DNA of 50,223 nt from Puniceicoccaceae bacterium (GCA_040830765.1 JBFOMH010000023.1:1-50223); one strand, 5' to 3'. Shown: positions 1 through 10,634, counted from the stretch's first letter. A program made the numbers and translations. Notes: generated by a model not told the origin, from the letters alone.

Positions 1-4
1 AAAG

Positions 5-80
<76 letters not shown>

Positions 81-215
81 ATTAGGGAAAGCCCGCGATA
101 TAGAAGAATGAATTTTCATTCGTCAATCGGCTTTTCTGAAAAAAATCGACAACCCTTCTTTTTGTTTGACGCGGGCGGACCACCCTGTAGCGGTAATCCT
201 CTTCGATTTGAATGG

Positions 216-292
<77 letters not shown>

Positions 293-300
293 TTCGAAAC

Positions 301-374
301 AGGCCCGTGGTGTAATGGTAGCACAGAGGATTCTGGTTCCTTCAGTCGGGGTTCGAGTCCCTGCGGGCCTGCCA
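301..374 (+). tRNA. tRNA-Gln (CTG)
   Basis: AGGCCCGTGGTGTAATGGTAGCAC-GAGGATTCTGGTTCCTT-...GGTTCGAGTCC...GGGCCTGCCA; CTG anticodon. Confidence 0.96.
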
Positions 375-445
375 TTTTTGCGGAAGTGTGAAAAGGGGAA
401 GAAGGATTCTCGACAAGCGGCATGGAGCTTCCTAGAAGATGCCGC

Positions 446-1282
446 ATGAAAATTCCTCTAGAAGATGAATTCGCGGATATTATCCGCAAGGCGACCTCCG
501 GCCGGGATTTAAGTGTCACTGCCCTGAGTCGACAAACCGGTATTCCGCTGGGCAGGGTCGAGGCCGTGCTGGAGGGCAACTATGACTCCGGGATTGTCGG
601 TCGCCTGGCCAAGTACCTGGAGCTGGATGCAGAGTGCCTCTTTGAGCTGGCCAAGGGGTCCTGGTATCCTGAGCCGGTGGAGCTGGACGGTCTGGCAGCG
701 TTCAACACGCCTTTCCCGATCCGCGGCTACGAGGAAATGACGGTGAACAGCTACCTTGTCTGGGATCCGACAAGCAAGAAGGCGGCTGCCTTTGATACCG
801 GAGCAAATGTTGATGGCATGCTGGAGGTGATTCGTGAAAAGGGCCTCAAGTTGACCATGGTCTGCCTGACCCACAAACATGACGATCATATCGCCGCCCT
901 CCCACAGTTGCTGGAAGCCACAGGTAATCCTCCTCTTTATGCCTGTTCCTACGAGCCCTACAAGGGAGCTGAGCTATTTGATCCCGGAAAAATCATGTTC
1001 CTGGGGTACCTGCAGATTGAAACCTGCCTGACCAACGGACATTCCCCGGGAGGAACGACCTACGTCATTTCCGGACTGGGACGCCCGGTGGCAATCGTCG
1101 GGGATTCCCTCTTCTGCTGTTCGCAGGGGGGTGCCAACGACCATTTCAAGATGGCGCTCGAGAACAACCGGCGCCACATCCTCAGCCTGCCCGAGGAAAC
1201 CGTCCTCTGCCCTGGACACGGACCCATGACATCAGTGGCGGAAGAGTTGGAGCACAACCCGTTCTTCGCCTCCCGATCGTAA
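446..1282 (+). CDS. MBL-fold metallo-hydrolase (glyoxalase II-like) with N-terminal HTH-like segment
   Basis: THKHDDH (HxHxDH), GHSPGG, GDSLF and PGHG motifs. Start placed at MKIPLEDEF (ATG 446). Confidence 0.88.
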   Translation: MKIPLEDEFADIIRKATSGRDLSVTALSRQTGIPLGRVEAVLEGNYDSGIVGRLAKYLELDAECLFELAKGSWYPEPVELDGLAAFNTPFPIRGYEEMTVNSYLVWDPTSKKAAAFDTGANVDGMLEVIREKGLKLTMVCLTHKHDDHIAALPQLLEATGNPPLYACSYEPYKGAELFDPGKIMFLGYLQIETCLTNGHSPGGTTYVISGLGRPVAIVGDSLFCCSQGGANDHFKMALENNRRHILSLPEETVLCPGHGPMTSVAEELEHNPFFASRS

Positions 1283-1345
1283 GAAATTTACCGAAAACCA
1301 CTACCGGATTGCGCAATTCCGGCGGAACGGTAAACTGGTTCTTTC

Positions 1346-2554
1346 ATGCGTTTATTTTCAAATGCTCCCAGAAGTCTTTTGAAGGTGCTCTTGCCTGTCG
1401 GCGTAATTGCGGCCTGCCTCGCTTTTGCCACGGTCATAACGGGACTCCGTCCCGAGCAGGAAAAGAAGCAACCGGTTCCCAACTATCCCAAGGTGGAACT
1501 CTACGACGTCCGGCCTGAACCCGTGCTCCTTGCCATTGACGCCCAGGGTACCGTCCAGCCACGTCAGCAAACTCGCCTGACTGCCCGTGTTTCCGGGCAC
1601 ATAGAGTCCGTTTCCCCGAATTTCTACGAAGGAGGTTCCTTCAGGCCGGGGGATATCCTTCTGCGGCTGGATCCCCTACCCTACGAAAGCTCAGTGGCGG
1701 AAGCCCGGTCCCGGCTGGCCTTGGCCGAGGCCACCCTTCTTCAGGAGCAGGAAGCCGCCGAACAGGCCCGCATCGACTGGGCCGCTGTCGGTTCCGGGGA
1801 ACCCAACCCGCTTGTCCTCAGGATCCCGCAACTGGAAAAGGCCAAGGCAGACCTCGAGGCTTCGCGGGTTTCCCTGCAAATGGCCCGCGAAAACCTCTCC
1901 TACACGGAAATCAAGGCGCCCTATGCCGGGAGGGTCCAGGCCAAGCATGTCGATGTCGGCCAGGCCATAACTGCTCAGGCAACCATCCTGGGCGAAATTT
2001 TTTCCACTGATGCGATGGAAGTCCCGCTCTCCATCTCCCTCGATGATCTCGCCTACATTCGGCCCACGGCAGATAATGGCGAGGATCCCGAGAAACCAAA
2101 AATCTACCTTCGCCGGGAGATAGCCGGGGTTACGCATACCTGGGAAGCTTTTCTCGACCGGACAGCCGCTTCGGTTGACCAGCGAACGCGCATGATCACC
2201 GCCTATGCCCGGATGAATCCCCCTTTCGTCAGTGACAGCGGGGCAACCTTGACCCCGGGAATGTTCGTCAGTGCCACTATCGAGGGGGAAGAGGTCCAGG
2301 CAGCCAAGCGGATTCCGCGGGCTGCACTGCAACCGGGAAACATCGTCTACCGGATGGCCGAGGGCAACCGTCTCGAATCCACCCGGGTCAGTGTCATCCG
2401 GACGGACACCAACTGGGCTATCGTGACCGAAGGCGTCCAGGCTGGGGACCGGCTCTGCCTGACCCCCTTGCTCTTCTTCGTCGAAGGGATGCAGGTCGAA
2501 CCGGTTAATGAACCTCCGCTGGAAACGGCCAGCATCGCGGAGCCCGGGACATGA
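1346..2554 (+). CDS. RND efflux periplasmic adaptor (membrane fusion protein)
   Basis: N-terminal membrane anchor, lipoyl/hairpin motifs (ARVSGHI, TEIKAPYAG, LTPGMFV); overlaps the RND permease start by 4 nt. Confidence 0.93.
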   Translation: MRLFSNAPRSLLKVLLPVGVIAACLAFATVITGLRPEQEKKQPVPNYPKVELYDVRPEPVLLAIDAQGTVQPRQQTRLTARVSGHIESVSPNFYEGGSFRPGDILLRLDPLPYESSVAEARSRLALAEATLLQEQEAAEQARIDWAAVGSGEPNPLVLRIPQLEKAKADLEASRVSLQMARENLSYTEIKAPYAGRVQAKHVDVGQAITAQATILGEIFSTDAMEVPLSISLDDLAYIRPTADNGEDPEKPKIYLRREIAGVTHTWEAFLDRTAASVDQRTRMITAYARMNPPFVSDSGATLTPGMFVSATIEGEEVQAAKRIPRAALQPGNIVYRMAEGNRLESTRVSVIRTDTNWAIVTEGVQAGDRLCLTPLLFFVEGMQVEPVNEPPLETASIAEPGT

Positions 2555-5500
2555 TCCGCTGGTTTGCCCGCAATGGAGTCGCCGCCAACCTGGTCATGCT
2601 GATCATGGTCGTCGGCGGGATCGGCTCCATCCTGACCATCAAGCGGGAAATGTTTCCCGAATTCTCCCTCGACACGGTGGTTGTCCGTGTGCCCTACCGT
2701 GGGGCCGCACCGGAAGAGGTCGAGCTCGGGGTTATTCTCCGCATCGAGGAGGCGATCCAGGGTATTGACGGGATCAAGGAGATCACGTCATCGGCCCAGG
2801 AGGGATACGGGCAGGTGGTCATCGAGGCTCGCAAGGGTGCGGATGTCAGTAAGTTAAAGGATGACATCAAGGCCCGGGTTGATGCCATCATCAGTTTCCC
2901 TGTCGAGACAGAGCGTCCGATTGTAGAGGAATTATTGATACAACGGGATGTAATCTGGATCGCTGTCTACGGCGAAGCTTCGGAGAAATCCCTCAAGGAA
3001 GTTGCCGAACGGGTACGCGACGAGGTAACCCAGTTGCAGGGAGTCTCACAGGCATTCGTCCAAGGAATCCGTTCCTACGAGATTTCGATTGAGGTTTCCG
3101 AATTCAACCTGCGCAAATTCAACCTGACCTTCGACGAAGTCGTGTCCGCGGTGCGGCGCAACAGCATCGATGTACCCGGAGGATCCATACGCAGCGAAGG
3201 AGGCGAAATCCTCCTGCGGACCAAGGAGCAGGCCTGGACACAGAACGAGTTCGAGGACATTATCGTCAAGTCTTCCCTTGATGGAACACGTGTGCTGCTG
3301 AAGGACGTGGCCAAGGTGGTGGACGGTTTTGTCGACGATCCCGTGGTGACAACATTCAACGGGAAGCCAGCGGCCCTGGTGCTTGTCCGCGAAGTGGGCC
3401 GTGAGAGTCCCTTGCACATCTCCAGGATGGTCAATGAGTACGTTGAGAAAGCCGGGGAAACCTGGATACCCGAGGGCATCGCGATCGATACCTGGGGCGA
3501 CTTCTCAATTTATCTCAAGGGCCGTCTCAATATGTTGATTGAAAACGGTTCAGTCGGATTCGTCCTCGTTCTCCTTTCGCTCTCCCTTTTCCTGCGTCCC
3601 TCCCTTGCCTTCTTCGTCGCCATCGGGATTCCTGTCAGCTTCCTGGGCACCTTCATGGTTGGTCCCTTCGTTGGCATCTCGATCAACCTCATCAGCCTTT
3701 TTGCCTTTATCCTGGTCCTCGGGATAGTGGTCGATGACGCCATTGTCGTCGGGGAAAGTGTCTTCTCGGAATTCCAGAAAGTAGGACCCGGAGTGGAATC
3801 AGCCATCCGGGGGACACACGCAGTCTCGACACCAGTGACCTATGCAGTCCTGACCACAATGGTGGCCTTCCTGCCTGTATTCCTGCTCCCCGGGCAATTG
3901 GGTAAGTTCTTCGCCATGATTCCTATTGTGGTGATTCCCACCCTCCTCTTTTCCCTCGTCCAGAGCAAATTGGTCCTTCCTTATCACCTCTCCCTCTGCA
4001 AGGTCGGACAGAAGACCAACCGCGAGAAGCTCAATCCCCTTTCACGGTTCCAGCGATACGTGGCGGACAGCCTGGAACGCTTCGTGGCCAGCATCTACCG
4101 CCCGCTACTGGCATGGTCGCTGGAATGGCGCTACCTGACCATCTCCTCCTTTATCGGGTTTGCCATCATCATGGGCGGAATGATCGGGGCTGGCTGGGTC
4201 AAGTTCTCCCCCTTCCCCAGCGTACCCAGCGACTTTATCCAGGTCTTTGTCAAGATGCCCGAGGGAACGCCGGTTGAACAAACCAGCGAGGTCCTGCGCC
4301 ACATCGGGCGCTGCCTTGACGAAATCATTGAGGAAGACCAGCAGGCGGGCCTGCCCAACCCGGTCAAGCACCAGTCGGAATTCATTGGTTTTGGCCAGGG
4401 AATCGAAGGGTCCAATGTCGGGTTCAGCTTTGTCGAGCTGACCAAGTCGGAATTGCGGGATTCGTCAGCGGACGACGTTTCCAAGCGCTGGCGGGAAAAG
4501 ATCGGGGATATTCCCGGCATCCGTCAATTGACCATCAATGCCTCCGCCGGCCCTCCGACCGGTTTGCCCGTGGACATTCGTCTCACCGGTCCCGACTTTG
4601 AACAACTCCGGGCGGCCACCCGGGAAATCCGGGAACGACTGGCCGAGTTCCCTGGCCTCTTTGATATCCGGGACACCTTTTCTGAAGGCAAACGTGAGAT
4701 TAAACTGCGCCTGAAGCCATCCGCTGAGCCACTGGGTCTTCGCGTCGACGACCTGGCCCGCCAGGTCCGGTCGGCCTTTTACGGGGCTGAGGCCCAGCGC
4801 ATTCAGCGTGGCCGGGACGACATCCGCGTCATGGTCCGCTATCCCTATGATGAAAGAACGTCCCTGACCTATCTGGAAAACATGCGCATCCGCCTGCCCG
4901 GCGGAGTGGAAATCCCCATTGACGAAGTGGCCGAACTGGAAATCGGGGAAGGCTTCCCCACTATTACCCGCATCGACCGGCAACGGGTCATTAATGTCCA
5001 GGCGGATGCCGACAAGGAGGTCGCGGACTTCACCGCCATCAACAAGGCCCTCTATGGAACGGGGGGAAAATCAGAAAGCCTGCTTGAGGAGATCCAGGAA
5101 AAGTACCCGGGCGTCCGATTGGTCAAGGGAGGCGAGGCCAAGGATTGGGAAGAAACGCAGGCTTCCCTGCTCGGCGGCATCATCCTTGTGATATTTGTCA
5201 TCTACGCCCTCCTGGCGATTCCCTTCAAAAGTTACCTGCAGCCACTGATCGTCATGGCGGTGATTCCATTCGGACTTGCCGGGGCCGTCCTTGGGCACCT
5301 CATAACCTTCCAAACCCTGAGCCTGCTTTCGATGCTGGGCATCATTGCACTGACCGGGGTTGTGGTGAATGACTCGCTGGTCCTGGTGGACTACATCAAC
5401 AAAAGGCGCACCCACGGGCTTCCCCTGAGCGATGCGGTCCGGGAAGCGGGCGTTGTTCGATTCCGCCCCATCATCCTGACGTCACTGACAACCTTCATGG

Positions 5501-5694
5501 GGCTGGTTCCGATTCTCCTCGAGCGCAGCCTGCAGGCCCAGTTCCTGATTCCGATGGCCACCTCGCTGGGCTTTGGGGTGCTTTTCGCTACCTTTATCAC
5601 GCTGCTCCTGGTTCCCTCCATCTACATGGCACTGGAGGACTTCAAGTCAGGAACGACGAAGTTAATGCGCTACCTATTCAAATTCGGCCAGTAA
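2551..5694 (+). CDS. RND efflux permease subunit (AcrB/AcrD/AcrF family)
   Basis: 1047 aa; GIVVDDAIVVGE, GVVVNDSLVLV and RFRPIILTSLTT motifs; two large periplasmic loops. Confidence 0.96.
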   Translation: MIRWFARNGVAANLVMLIMVVGGIGSILTIKREMFPEFSLDTVVVRVPYRGAAPEEVELGVILRIEEAIQGIDGIKEITSSAQEGYGQVVIEARKGADVSKLKDDIKARVDAIISFPVETERPIVEELLIQRDVIWIAVYGEASEKSLKEVAERVRDEVTQLQGVSQAFVQGIRSYEISIEVSEFNLRKFNLTFDEVVSAVRRNSIDVPGGSIRSEGGEILLRTKEQAWTQNEFEDIIVKSSLDGTRVLLKDVAKVVDGFVDDPVVTTFNGKPAALVLVREVGRESPLHISRMVNEYVEKAGETWIPEGIAIDTWGDFSIYLKGRLNMLIENGSVGFVLVLLSLSLFLRPSLAFFVAIGIPVSFLGTFMVGPFVGISINLISLFAFILVLGIVVDDAIVVGESVFSEFQKVGPGVESAIRGTHAVSTPVTYAVLTTMVAFLPVFLLPGQLGKFFAMIPIVVIPTLLFSLVQSKLVLPYHLSLCKVGQKTNREKLNPLSRFQRYVADSLERFVASIYRPLLAWSLEWRYLTISSFIGFAIIMGGMIGAGWVKFSPFPSVPSDFIQVFVKMPEGTPVEQTSEVLRHIGRCLDEIIEEDQQAGLPNPVKHQSEFIGFGQGIEGSNVGFSFVELTKSELRDSSADDVSKRWREKIGDIPGIRQLTINASAGPPTGLPVDIRLTGPDFEQLRAATREIRERLAEFPGLFDIRDTFSEGKREIKLRLKPSAEPLGLRVDDLARQVRSAFYGAEAQRIQRGRDDIRVMVRYPYDERTSLTYLENMRIRLPGGVEIPIDEVAELEIGEGFPTITRIDRQRVINVQADADKEVADFTAINKALYGTGGKSESLLEEIQEKYPGVRLVKGGEAKDWEETQASLLGGIILVIFVIYALLAIPFKSYLQPLIVMAVIPFGLAGAVLGHLITFQTLSLLSMLGIIALTGVVVNDSLVLVDYINKRRTHGLPLSDAVREAGVVRFRPIILTSLTTFMGLVPILLERSLQAQFLIPMATSLGFGVLFATFITLLLVPSIYMALEDFKSGTTKLMRYLFKFGQ

Positions 5695-6543
5695 TGATTG
5701 GCGCTCCGTTTCGGGCACCGGCATGTAGTTAACGCTGCGGAGCGCAGCCGTCACTTCGGGAGAATAGATCGCCTTGACCAATTTACCCAGGTCTTCGTCG
5801 GAGAGTGTATCCTGCACAGTCAGGTAAAAGGGCAGGCGCAATGGATAGTCCCCGAAAAGGACGTTGTCTTCGCTGGGCGTGTAGGCCTGACCCGACTCTT
5901 CAATTTTCACACCGAGGAAGCGGATGGACGGGGTCAGGGGAATGGCCGGGGCCGCTATCAGGGCCGTTGGATTTTCAACAATAAGCGCCTGTAGTTCCTC
6001 CGTGTTGTTGCCCGTGTAGCGTACGGAGTCCTTCAATGGACTGCCCTGCAGGACAACCGCGTTGAATATCTCCAAGGTAATAGCACTTTTCGACCGGACC
6101 GCCCAAAGGGAGATTTTGCGATCCCTCCACTCAAGGGCTGCCGTCAAGTCGGACCAATTGCTCAGCACACCGTCCTGCTCGAAAATGTTCGTCAACTGGC
6201 TGTAAGTCAGTTCAGAGACGGGATTGTTGGTATGAACCGCCAGCGCCACGATCTGAAAACAGAAAGGGAAGCTTCGTCCACTGGGACTGCTGTCGTTTCC
6301 GGGAACCGCGAGGATAGCTGCATCAGCGGTCCCCTCCTGCAGTTCCTGCATCGCCATAAGCGATCCACCAAAGGCCAATTCCACATCCAGTCCGGCTGCA
6401 TCCAGTTGATCCTGCAATGCCTTTTGGACAGCTGGCCCCAACAAGTCGGAGCCGGTAAGGGTCATGGAAGATAGTGGAAGAGCGGAAAGAGCAAAGGCTA
6501 GAAGAAGCGGACAGAGGATGCGGATTTGGAGTGTCATTGGCAT
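5674..6543 (-). CDS. PstS-like / PBP-type substrate-binding protein
   Basis: Signal peptide followed by LTGSDLL, GGS...ELQEG..D, VHTNNPVSELT..QL..IF and YPLRLPFY motifs. Start uncertain. Confidence 0.75.
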   Translation of the reverse strand: MPMTLQIRILCPLLLAFALSALPLSSMTLTGSDLLGPAVQKALQDQLDAAGLDVELAFGGSLMAMQELQEGTADAAILAVPGNDSSPSGRSFPFCFQIVALAVHTNNPVSELTYSQLTNIFEQDGVLSNWSDLTAALEWRDRKISLWAVRSKSAITLEIFNAVVLQGSPLKDSVRYTGNNTEELQALIVENPTALIAAPAIPLTPSIRFLGVKIEESGQAYTPSEDNVLFGDYPLRLPFYLTVQDTLSDEDLGKLVKAIYSPEVTAALRSVNYMPVPETERQSLLAEFE

Positions 6544-6620
6544 GTTTATTGAATAACCGGTTGGATTAAGCAAGTCAAAGGAGGTTCCCGCAGGGATCCG
6601 AACCGGTTGCAAATCGTCCG

Positions 6621-6869
6621 TCAACTCCGGCTGAATTCCACCTCACCGGGCAGTTCAACCACTTTAGTCCTGCTTTTTTGTCCGCTCACAATACGAACGT
6701 CGCGCGGCCGGCAACCCGTTGTCTTGGCTAAAAGCGCACACAAGGCGTTATTGGCCCGCCCATCTTCCGGTACAGCCCGGACCTTGACCTTGAGGACGCC
6801 GTCCTGCAGCCCCACTACTTCATCCCTTCCAGCATTGGGGATGACGCGAACCTGCAACCGGGTGACCAT
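6621..6869 (-). CDS. DUF167 (UPF0235/YggU) family protein
   Basis: VRVIPNA...LKVKVRAVPEDGRAN...IVSGQKSRTK is the characteristic pattern. Confidence 0.92.
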   Translation of the reverse strand: MVTRLQVRVIPNAGRDEVVGLQDGVLKVKVRAVPEDGRANNALCALLAKTTGCRPRDVRIVSGQKSRTKVVELPGEVEFSRS

Positions 6870-6872
6870 CAA

Positions 6873-7943
6873 TCAAAGGGACGTGTTGGGATAGCTACCG
6901 AGCCACTTCAGGATCGGGCAAAGCTTTTCCAGCTCAGAAAGTGCCTCCTTGACATGCGGCTCGTCCCGGTGACCCACGATGTCGACATAGAAGTAGTAAT
7001 CCCATGGACGGCGCCGACTCGGCCGTGACTCGATCTTGGATAAATTAATACCCCTCTGGCTGAAGACATCGAGAGCCTTGAGCAAACTGCCTGGCTCATC
7101 ATGGAGGAGGAAAACCAGACTGGTCTTGTCTTTGCCATCCCCGAGAAGCGGTGTCGGGGACTTTCCGATGACGAGAAACCGTGTCACATTGTCCGTCTTG
7201 TCCATGATGTTCTCTTCGACAATCGGCACATCGTAGAGTTCCGCTGCCACGCTGCTGGCAATGGCTGCCGCTTCAGGATTCCTGGCGGCATACTCAACTG
7301 AAGCAGCGGTACTTGGTGAATCGATCAAATCCACCCCGGGCAGCATCCGGGCCAGCCATTGGCGACACTGTCCAAGCGCGTTGTCCTTGGAATGGACGCT
7401 TTTAATCTTATCCAGCGGTGATTGTGAAATCAGGCAATGGGCAATGTAGAGGTACATCTGGGCGACAATTGTCAGCTCGGATTCCACCAGCATGTCGAGG
7501 GTACTGATGACGGTTCCCTGGGTGGAGTTCTCCACGGGCACAACCCCGTAATCGGCATCCCCGCGACGGACGGCCGTGAAGACATCCGGTACGGACGGCA
7601 TCGATTGGTAATTGATGCTTGAGCCGAAGTTCTTCAAGGCAGCCTGGTGGGTGTAGGTGGCTTCCGGTCCGAGGTATGCGACCTTGAGGGGCTTTTCCAG
7701 GGCGATGGCAGCGGAAATTATTTCCCGGTAGATGTGGCGGACTGCCTTATCCGGCAATGGACCTTTGTTGCTGGCGGTCAATTTACCAAAGACCTGTTCC
7801 TCCCGGCTGGGGACATACACCTCCATGCCCCTCTCGAGCTTGTAGTGCCCGACCTTCTGGGCCAGCTCAACGCGGCGGTTGAGCCGCTCCAGCAGTTCCT
7901 GGTCAATGGCGTCAATTTCCTTTCTTAAAGCATCCAAGTCCAT
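6873..7943 (-). CDS. pheA: bifunctional chorismate mutase / prephenate dehydratase
   Basis: LRKEIDAID chorismate mutase domain; AYLGPEATYT, VPVENSTQG, NVTRF and ACT-domain IESRP motifs. Confidence 0.96.
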   Translation of the reverse strand: MDLDALRKEIDAIDQELLERLNRRVELAQKVGHYKLERGMEVYVPSREEQVFGKLTASNKGPLPDKAVRHIYREIISAAIALEKPLKVAYLGPEATYTHQAALKNFGSSINYQSMPSVPDVFTAVRRGDADYGVVPVENSTQGTVISTLDMLVESELTIVAQMYLYIAHCLISQSPLDKIKSVHSKDNALGQCRQWLARMLPGVDLIDSPSTAASVEYAARNPEAAAIASSVAAELYDVPIVEENIMDKTDNVTRFLVIGKSPTPLLGDGKDKTSLVFLLHDEPGSLLKALDVFSQRGINLSKIESRPSRRRPWDYYFYVDIVGHRDEPHVKEALSELEKLCPILKWLGSYPNTSL

Positions 7944-7951
7944 GGCTTCCC

Positions 7952-8731
7952 TCAACTTTCCTGGCTGACCTTCTCGGGCTCCGGTTCCTGTCCAAGTTCT
8001 TCGCTCAAGTCAGGCTCCTCGGCCAAACCGACATCCTTGTCTGAAATCTCTTCCTCGGGCATCGTAGCCGTCCGGATCCATTCCGTGATTTGGTTCGGAG
8101 AAAGGACATCACTGGCCGGCAATTCCTCGAGGCTCTTGATTCCACAGTACTCGAGAAAGGTATCATGGGTCCCGTACTGAAGTGGGCGGCCCGGCAACTC
8201 TGCCCGGCCCACCACGTAGACTAATTCCCTTTCCAGCAGTTTGTTCAGGGCGCTGTCGGCAGAAACACCGCGAATGGCCTCGATCTCCGCCCGGGTCACG
8301 GGCTGGCGGTAGGCAATAATGGCAAGTGTCTCCATAGCCGCCGGACTGAGGCGCTGCGGCCGTGGTTCATCACGCAAGAGGCGGACCCAGTCGGCATAGC
8401 GCGGAGCCACGGCCAGACGGTATCCATTTGGTCCCTCCTTGAGGCGGTAAATCGACTCGGGGGCTTCAAGCTCTTCAGCAATAACCGCCATTGCATCGCG
8501 GATTTGCGCCGAGGTCAGCAGGGAGGGCACCTGTTCCAGCAAATCCCGCATGATGCCCTGGCCGTCCTCATCGGCTGTTCCATTCTCCGCTTCCTCGTCT
8601 TCCTGTTCGGCCAGCAGCTGCCCCACCTTGTCATGGTAGCGGGTAATAACCGCCTGCACATCCTTGATGGAGAGCGGTTCGTTGGTCGAGTGTAACAACG
8701 CCAGAAGCGTCTTCTTGAGATCAAATTCCAT
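7952..8731 (-). CDS. scpB: SMC-Scp complex subunit ScpB
   Basis: LSPAAMETLAIIAYRQPVTRAEIEAIRGV...GRAELPGRPLQYGT...FL...G..SLEELP. Confidence 0.96.
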   Translation of the reverse strand: MEFDLKKTLLALLHSTNEPLSIKDVQAVITRYHDKVGQLLAEQEDEEAENGTADEDGQGIMRDLLEQVPSLLTSAQIRDAMAVIAEELEAPESIYRLKEGPNGYRLAVAPRYADWVRLLRDEPRPQRLSPAAMETLAIIAYRQPVTRAEIEAIRGVSADSALNKLLERELVYVVGRAELPGRPLQYGTHDTFLEYCGIKSLEELPASDVLSPNQITEWIRTATMPEEEISDKDVGLAEEPDLSEELGQEPEPEKVSQES

Positions 8732-8791
8732 AATGCTGAAGAGCGATGGTCGTCATTCAATGCCCACTGGTTCGCAATGCAATGCTTTCTT

Positions 8792-8866
8792 TAGGTCTGA
8801 GGTCGTAGGTCCGTAGGTCGACTCACAAAATAGGTCCTACGACCTACGACCTTCGACCTACGACCC
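8792..8866. repeat. inverted tandem heptamer repeat (TAGGTCG)n...(CGACCTA)n
   Basis: About 4 degenerate TAGGTCG units (8792-8820), a spacer, then about 4 CGACCTA units (8836-8866), between divergent scpB and ilvD. Confidence 0.88.
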
Positions 8867-8930
8867 TTACTAAAAGAATTGCCATTTGCCGGGGTCCCAT
8901 TTCTCTGGCCACTTCACACGATTAATACCC

Positions 8931-10622
8931 ATGAGCGACAAAGATAAACGCACCTACTCAGCTCCGGTTGTCGATGGCTACGACCGGGCCCCCAGCCGGG
9001 GCATGCTCCGCGCCGTCGGCTTTGAAGACGAGGATTTTCAAAAACCACAGATTGGGATTGCCTCCACCTGGAGCGATCTGACGCCCTGCAATGTCCATAT
9101 CGACGAGCTGACGGACCACGCGGCCAAGGGCGCTGCGGAGGCTGGTGGAAAGCCGGTCCGCTTCGGGACCATCACGGTCTCGGACGGCATCAGCATGGGG
9201 ACCAAGGGCATGCGCTACAGTCTTGTTTCCCGCGAGGTGATCGCCGACAGCGTGGAAACGGTCACCGGGGCGGAAGGCTTTGACGGTCTGGTCGCCATCG
9301 GGGGCTGTGACAAGAACATGCCGGGTTGCATGATTGCCATTGCCCGCCTCAACCGGCCGGCCGTCTTTGTCTATGGCGGAACCATCCTCCCGGGCATCCA
9401 CCGCGACAAGCCGGTGGATATTGTCTCCATTTTCGAGGCGGTCGGCAAGCGGGCCCAGGGCCTGATTGACGATGAGGAGCTGACCGAGGTGGAAAAGTGT
9501 GCCATTCCCGGCCCCGGTTCCTGTGGCGGAATGTACACCGCCAACACCATGGCCAGCGCCATCGAGGCCATGGGGATGAGCCTGCCCAATTCCAGTGCCC
9601 AGTTGGCCATTTCCAATGACAAGCGGCTGGATTGCGAAAACGCCGGCAAGGCCGTCATGAAGATGCTGGAAAAGGGAATCACCCCGGACCAGATCATGAC
9701 CCGGAAAGCCTTCGAAAATGCCATCACCGTGGTCATTGCCCTCGGGGGCTCGACCAATGCCGTCCTGCACCTGCTGGCCATTGCCCATGCCTCGGGAATC
9801 GAGCTTTCCCTGGATGACTTCTCCGAGATCGGCAAGCGGGTACCGGTCCTTTGCGACCTGAAGCCCTCCGGCAAATTCAACATGAGCCACTTCAGTCGCA
9901 TTGGAGGGGTCACTCCCCTGCTCAAGATGTTGCTTGATGCGGGCTTGCTGCACGGCGATTGCCTGACCGTTACCGGCAAGACAATGGCCGAAAATCTCGA
10001 AGGCGTGGAGAACTACCCCGAGGACCAGGAAATTGTCATGCCATTCGACAAGCCGATCAAGGAGGACAGCCACCTGCGCATCCTCTACGGGAACCTCGCC
10101 CCCACCGGTGCCGTGGCCAAAATCTCCGGCAAGGAAGGCCTTACCTTCAAGGGAACCGCGATTGTCTTTGACTCCGAGGAAAGCGCCCAGAAGGGCATTC
10201 TCGACAAGACCGTGCAGGCCGGGCACGTCGTGGTCATCCGCAACGAGGGCCCCGTCGGTGGTCCCGGCATGCGGGAGATGCTCGGGCCAACAGGAGCCAT
10301 CATGGGACGCGGCCTCGGCAAGGAAGTGGCCCTCATCACGGATGGCCGCTTCTCCGGCGGCAGCCATGGTTTTGTCATTGGCCACATTACACCGGAAGCC
10401 GCTGTCGGCGGTCCGATCGGAGTCTTGCAGGATGGTGACGAAATCACCATCGATGCCGAAACCAACGAAATCAACGTCATCCTGCCAGAAGGCGAGCTGG
10501 AGGCCCGGCTCAAGGCTTACAAAGCTCCCGGTTGCCCCGAAAATCGAGGTGTCCTGGCCAAGTATGCCGCAACCGTTGCCTCGGCCTCGGAAGGTGCCGT
10601 TACTGACAAGTATTTAAAGTAA
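8931..10622 (+). CDS. ilvD: dihydroxy-acid dehydratase
   Basis: [50 protein letters not shown] and TDGRFSGG motifs. Start at ATG 8931. Confidence 0.97.
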   Translation: MSDKDKRTYSAPVVDGYDRAPSRGMLRAVGFEDEDFQKPQIGIASTWSDLTPCNVHIDELTDHAAKGAAEAGGKPVRFGTITVSDGISMGTKGMRYSLVSREVIADSVETVTGAEGFDGLVAIGGCDKNMPGCMIAIARLNRPAVFVYGGTILPGIHRDKPVDIVSIFEAVGKRAQGLIDDEELTEVEKCAIPGPGSCGGMYTANTMASAIEAMGMSLPNSSAQLAISNDKRLDCENAGKAVMKMLEKGITPDQIMTRKAFENAITVVIALGGSTNAVLHLLAIAHASGIELSLDDFSEIGKRVPVLCDLKPSGKFNMSHFSRIGGVTPLLKMLLDAGLLHGDCLTVTGKTMAENLEGVENYPEDQEIVMPFDKPIKEDSHLRILYGNLAPTGAVAKISGKEGLTFKGTAIVFDSEESAQKGILDKTVQAGHVVVIRNEGPVGGPGMREMLGPTGAIMGRGLGKEVALITDGRFSGGSHGFVIGHITPEAAVGGPIGVLQDGDEITIDAETNEINVILPEGELEARLKAYKAPGCPENRGVLAKYAATVASASEGAVTDKYLK

Positions 10623-10634
10623 GCGATTCAATCC

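Noticed and set aside
97..200. Divergent sigma70 promoters for the tRNAs (TTGACG boxes)
   Set aside because: The -35 boxes are plausible but the -10 elements and spacing are ambiguous, so they are not called.
8958..10385. 475-aa antisense ORF opposite ilvD
   Set aside because: Shadow frame of a GC-rich, codon-biased gene; no recognisable motifs.
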